Below are positions 62,501 to 64,000 of a stretch of 64,000 bases of DNA, piece after piece. Under the pieces are notes generated by a model, which was given only the letters and a program-made list of their open reading frames with translations, was not told the DNA's origin and made no database searches. Every line of letters begins with the position of its first letter. The first letter of the stretch is position 1. Position numbers and translations under genes: made by a program. This DNA comes from Chlorobiota bacterium (lineage in GTDB: Bacteria; Bacteroidota; Ignavibacteria; OLB7): positions 72,225-136,224 of the forward strand of contig JAQBOZ010000017.1 of assembly GCA_028287785.1 (NCBI GenBank). The letters are read 5' to 3'.

Positions 62501-63415
62501 GTCGATTTCGGAGCGGTGGCCACCGGCATATCGCGCACCGATTCGTTTACCGTGCGGAACACCGGCAACGCTCCTCTGACCGGCGTGACGTTGACGTTGA
62601 CTGGGCCTGACGCCGCGGCGTTCGAGATCATCTCGCCGACCCCCCTTGCCGTTTCCCCCGGAGGGGCGCAGACCGTCCTGGTTCGGCTGAAGCCGCAGGC
62701 ATCGGAGCGCGCGCTGTCGGCGGGCGTTGTGGTGCAGCCCGCCGGTGGATCATCGGCCGAGGTAACGCTGTCGGCAACGATTGGTAGCGGCATTGCCGCC
62801 ACGGTTGCCGCCGTCGATTTCGGAAGTAGGCTCCCCGGCGGGGCTTACGATACCACGGTGGTCATCAGGAACATCACATCCGGCAGCATCACCATCTCCT
62901 CCATCGCCGCCAGTGCCGGCAAGGATGGCGCTTCCGGCGATTATTTCCGCTCGATGAGCCCCGCGCCGGTGATGATCCCGCCGAACGATTCGATCGCGAT
63001 TGTCGTGCGGTTTTCGCCGGCCGCCGGAACGGGTCGGTACACCGGATCGCTGGCGATCGCCGTCAACGGCTCCGCGCCGCTGGTGATCTCACTCGTCGGC
63101 CGGGCTTCGGCAGTCGGCGGCGTGGCCGATGGGATCGTGGCCGGGGAGGGGATGCCTGCACTACTGCCGGTTGCGCCGAACCCCGCGGCCGGGGTCATAG
63201 AGATCGGGTATCGCGCCGGTGGAGGGATGATGCCGGTGGAGATCGTCATTACCGATGCAATCGGCAGGGAGGTTGCGGTTGTCTATCAGGGAACCGCAAC
63301 GCGCACTGACGAGCGCGTTCGATTCAACACCTCACCGCTGCCGTCCGGGAGATATTACGTGCTTCTCCGATCGGCGCGCGGCAGCGTTACGCAACCGCTG
63401 GTGATCGTGAAATAG
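59561..63415 (+). CDS. Matrixin (M10) metalloprotease with six choice-of-anchor D/ASH Ig repeats and T9SS C-terminal domain
   Basis: HEIGHFLGLGHS, ATMYP Met-turn, LSPDD; six (V/L)DFG..N.G-type repeats; VAPNP...DAIGREV...LPSGRYY...LVIVK tail. Confidence 0.88.
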   Translation: MRTITMILAAAIIALTALPTHAGGPLTANGTTARRYPAGSIPISFKTDQGALGSFSNGTATGIAVYAFQQWDNVVTAALSFNNAGQLPRDVTTAADAFISGAGQFSDGVNPVVFDNDGSITDAKLGVGARNSVLGFASSAYAGNNYVEGYAIINGFLSGAGGVAEQDEYKATITHEIGHFLGLGHSQVSMHADYATMYPVIEKTAQKTLSPDDQAAISILYPAAGYTATVGGITGTVRRLPNTSLSGVNVIAEDSATGAAYSTVVDYFSGGKSGFDNAPAATGTYTFTGLPPGRYFVRIEPVTATFTGGSSVASYDTPANMNIDREWYNGTAENGDMLLDNVNEKTGVVVAAGATTSNISFLENESITISSLVYHDGTPYYLFDLPQAGISRYAVRFTAPGTGSLVGVKFKLGAGSVLPLNGTLTVTVHANAPGSVAGVPGTALGSVTIPYSDIAADQNVEVYLRGIGLPINFPAGTNFHVSLSTNGVGTLELFTDNGSTTQNRTSYYNGTVWRNFPEGGYQAGYNLVMSAVYSSSIAGTPQPALSATPTSLQFGRVRPGNSITRTVTVTNTGTGLLTVNTTPILGRDSLDYSVTAGKGPFTVDPGLSHDISVRFTPRDAGGVEDGTKSAMMAIVSNAATSPDNVPLSGRAVAPLVMKVTSAVDFGSRRVGGTYIIDTVLFRNAGNDTLHVTGVTALGPDDGSGLRLLNGSGATIVPPDSSFRARIQFTPTERRIYTLNLRIVHDDPKNTPTDITIAGRGVAAIISTAGTFSVGRARVGTTIDAPPLFVRNSGDIPVRITSLTISGANATEFIVLSPVPPVTLAPGDSLPIRFRFHPMAIGIRVATLQVGADSLAPISIQLNGEGIQGALSFRSAAVDFGDVPLASNGERDIAVVNSGTDTATISSADVTGSGFSLVTQSLAGRKLLPGDSVIVRVRFAPTVAGTSSGSLRIASNGSDPLIVASLSGRGTAAGLTLNRTRVDFGAVATGISRTDSFTVRNTGNAPLTGVTLTLTGPDAAAFEIISPTPLAVSPGGAQTVLVRLKPQASERALSAGVVVQPAGGSSAEVTLSATIGSGIAATVAAVDFGSRLPGGAYDTTVVIRNITSGSITISSIAASAGKDGASGDYFRSMSPAPVMIPPNDSIAIVVRFSPAAGTGRYTGSLAIAVNGSAPLVISLVGRASAVGGVADGIVAGEGMPALLPVAPNPAAGVIEIGYRAGGGMMPVEIVITDAIGREVAVVYQGTATRTDERVRFNTSPLPSGRYYVLLRSARGSVTQPLVIVK

Positions 63416-63481
63416 GGATGGGCGCGCTCATCGGCGGTCATGGTCGCCAATGACATGCTCCACGCAGGGATCAGGCTACGG

Positions 63482-63512
63482 GCCGGGGGGATCATCTCCT
63501 CCCGGCTTTTTT
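63482..63512 (+). terminator. Intrinsic terminator after the protease
   Basis: GCCGGGGGGA...TCCTCCCGGC followed by TTTTTT. Confidence 0.7.
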
Positions 63513-63646
63513 ATTTCGGCTCGCGCCATTTGGGGCTGGCTCGTATCTTCGCGACCGGGATCAGGCCGTGCGGCGTACCCTTCCTCCGGCCATGTCCCCG
63601 AACGCTCCAACCAACCTGTCAACCCGTTCCCGAGGAGAAGCCCATC

Positions 63647-64000
63647 ATGCGAACCCGTACCATTCTCTGCGCGTTTGTGCTCACCATCGCGGTAATTCAT
63701 GTATCGCGGGCACAGGAGGACAACAAGGCGATCGTGGCCGATCTGGTGAAGAAGAGCTTTGCCGCCACCGATGGCGGCGATCTGGATGAGGGAATGCGCC
63801 TGATGGAACAGGCATTGAAATACGATCCGGAAAATTCGGATCTGAAATATGAGATCGCCTATATCCAGTACTCGCGCAAGGAGTACGAGAAGGCGAGGGT
63901 GATCCTGGAGGAGATCTTCGCGCAGCGTCCCAAGGGATCGCCCGAGTGGTTTCAGCTTCTCGGCAACGCCTACGATATGCTGGGAAATCCGAAGAAGGCA
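63647..64000 (+). CDS. Exported tetratricopeptide-repeat protein, 3' truncated by window edge (absent from the ORF track)
   Basis: GAGGAG RBS; MRTRTILCAFVLTIAVIHVSRA-Q signal; ALKYDPEN...YEIAY...EYEKA and LLGNAYDMLGNPKKA TPR motifs. Confidence 0.8.
   Translation, partial: MRTRTILCAFVLTIAVIHVSRAQEDNKAIVADLVKKSFAATDGGDLDEGMRLMEQALKYDPENSDLKYEIAYIQYSRKEYEKARVILEEIFAQRPKGSPEWFQLLGNAYDMLGNPKKA

Overview
High-GC bacterial chromosome segment, most consistent with the FCB group (Ignavibacteria/Kapabacteria/Bacteroidota-like). The evidence is type IX secretion (T9SS) C-terminal sorting domains, a DUF2723 protein, an extended S16 and recurrent TAnnTTTG promoter boxes; the taxonomy is inferred, not searched. 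Most of the window is housekeeping: M16 peptidase pair, clpC, dusB, queE-pheS-rplT-rpmI-infC, ispE, mrp/nfu, lepA-lepB-lepB-hemW, ruvX, rplS-trmD-rimM-rpsP-ffh and rsgA. No rRNA, tRNA, CRISPR array, transposase or prophage was recognised. The main candidates are: (1) a cobalamin-riboswitch operon where btuB and a btuG-like lipoprotein follow two T9SS-tagged, non-lipoprotein BtuG-like and BtuH-like proteins (possible exported B12 scavengers); (2) a DUF2723/TMEM260-like GT-C enzyme next to a polyprenyl-phosphate sugar synthase (candidate protein O-glycosylation module), with exported proteins rich in D-S/T-hydrophobic motifs; (3) a T9SS matrixin lacking a prodomain, translationally coupled to a small secreted OB/TIMP-like protein; (4) two unannotated structured intergenic regions (about 53.4-53.8 kb with its own terminator, and about 18.2-18.5 kb); (5) smaller signals: a MITE-like element before pheS, GTCG-ended REP-like palindromes, operator-like palindromes and an AUA start for infC. 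All family calls come from motif recognition by eye; no database search or folding program was run.
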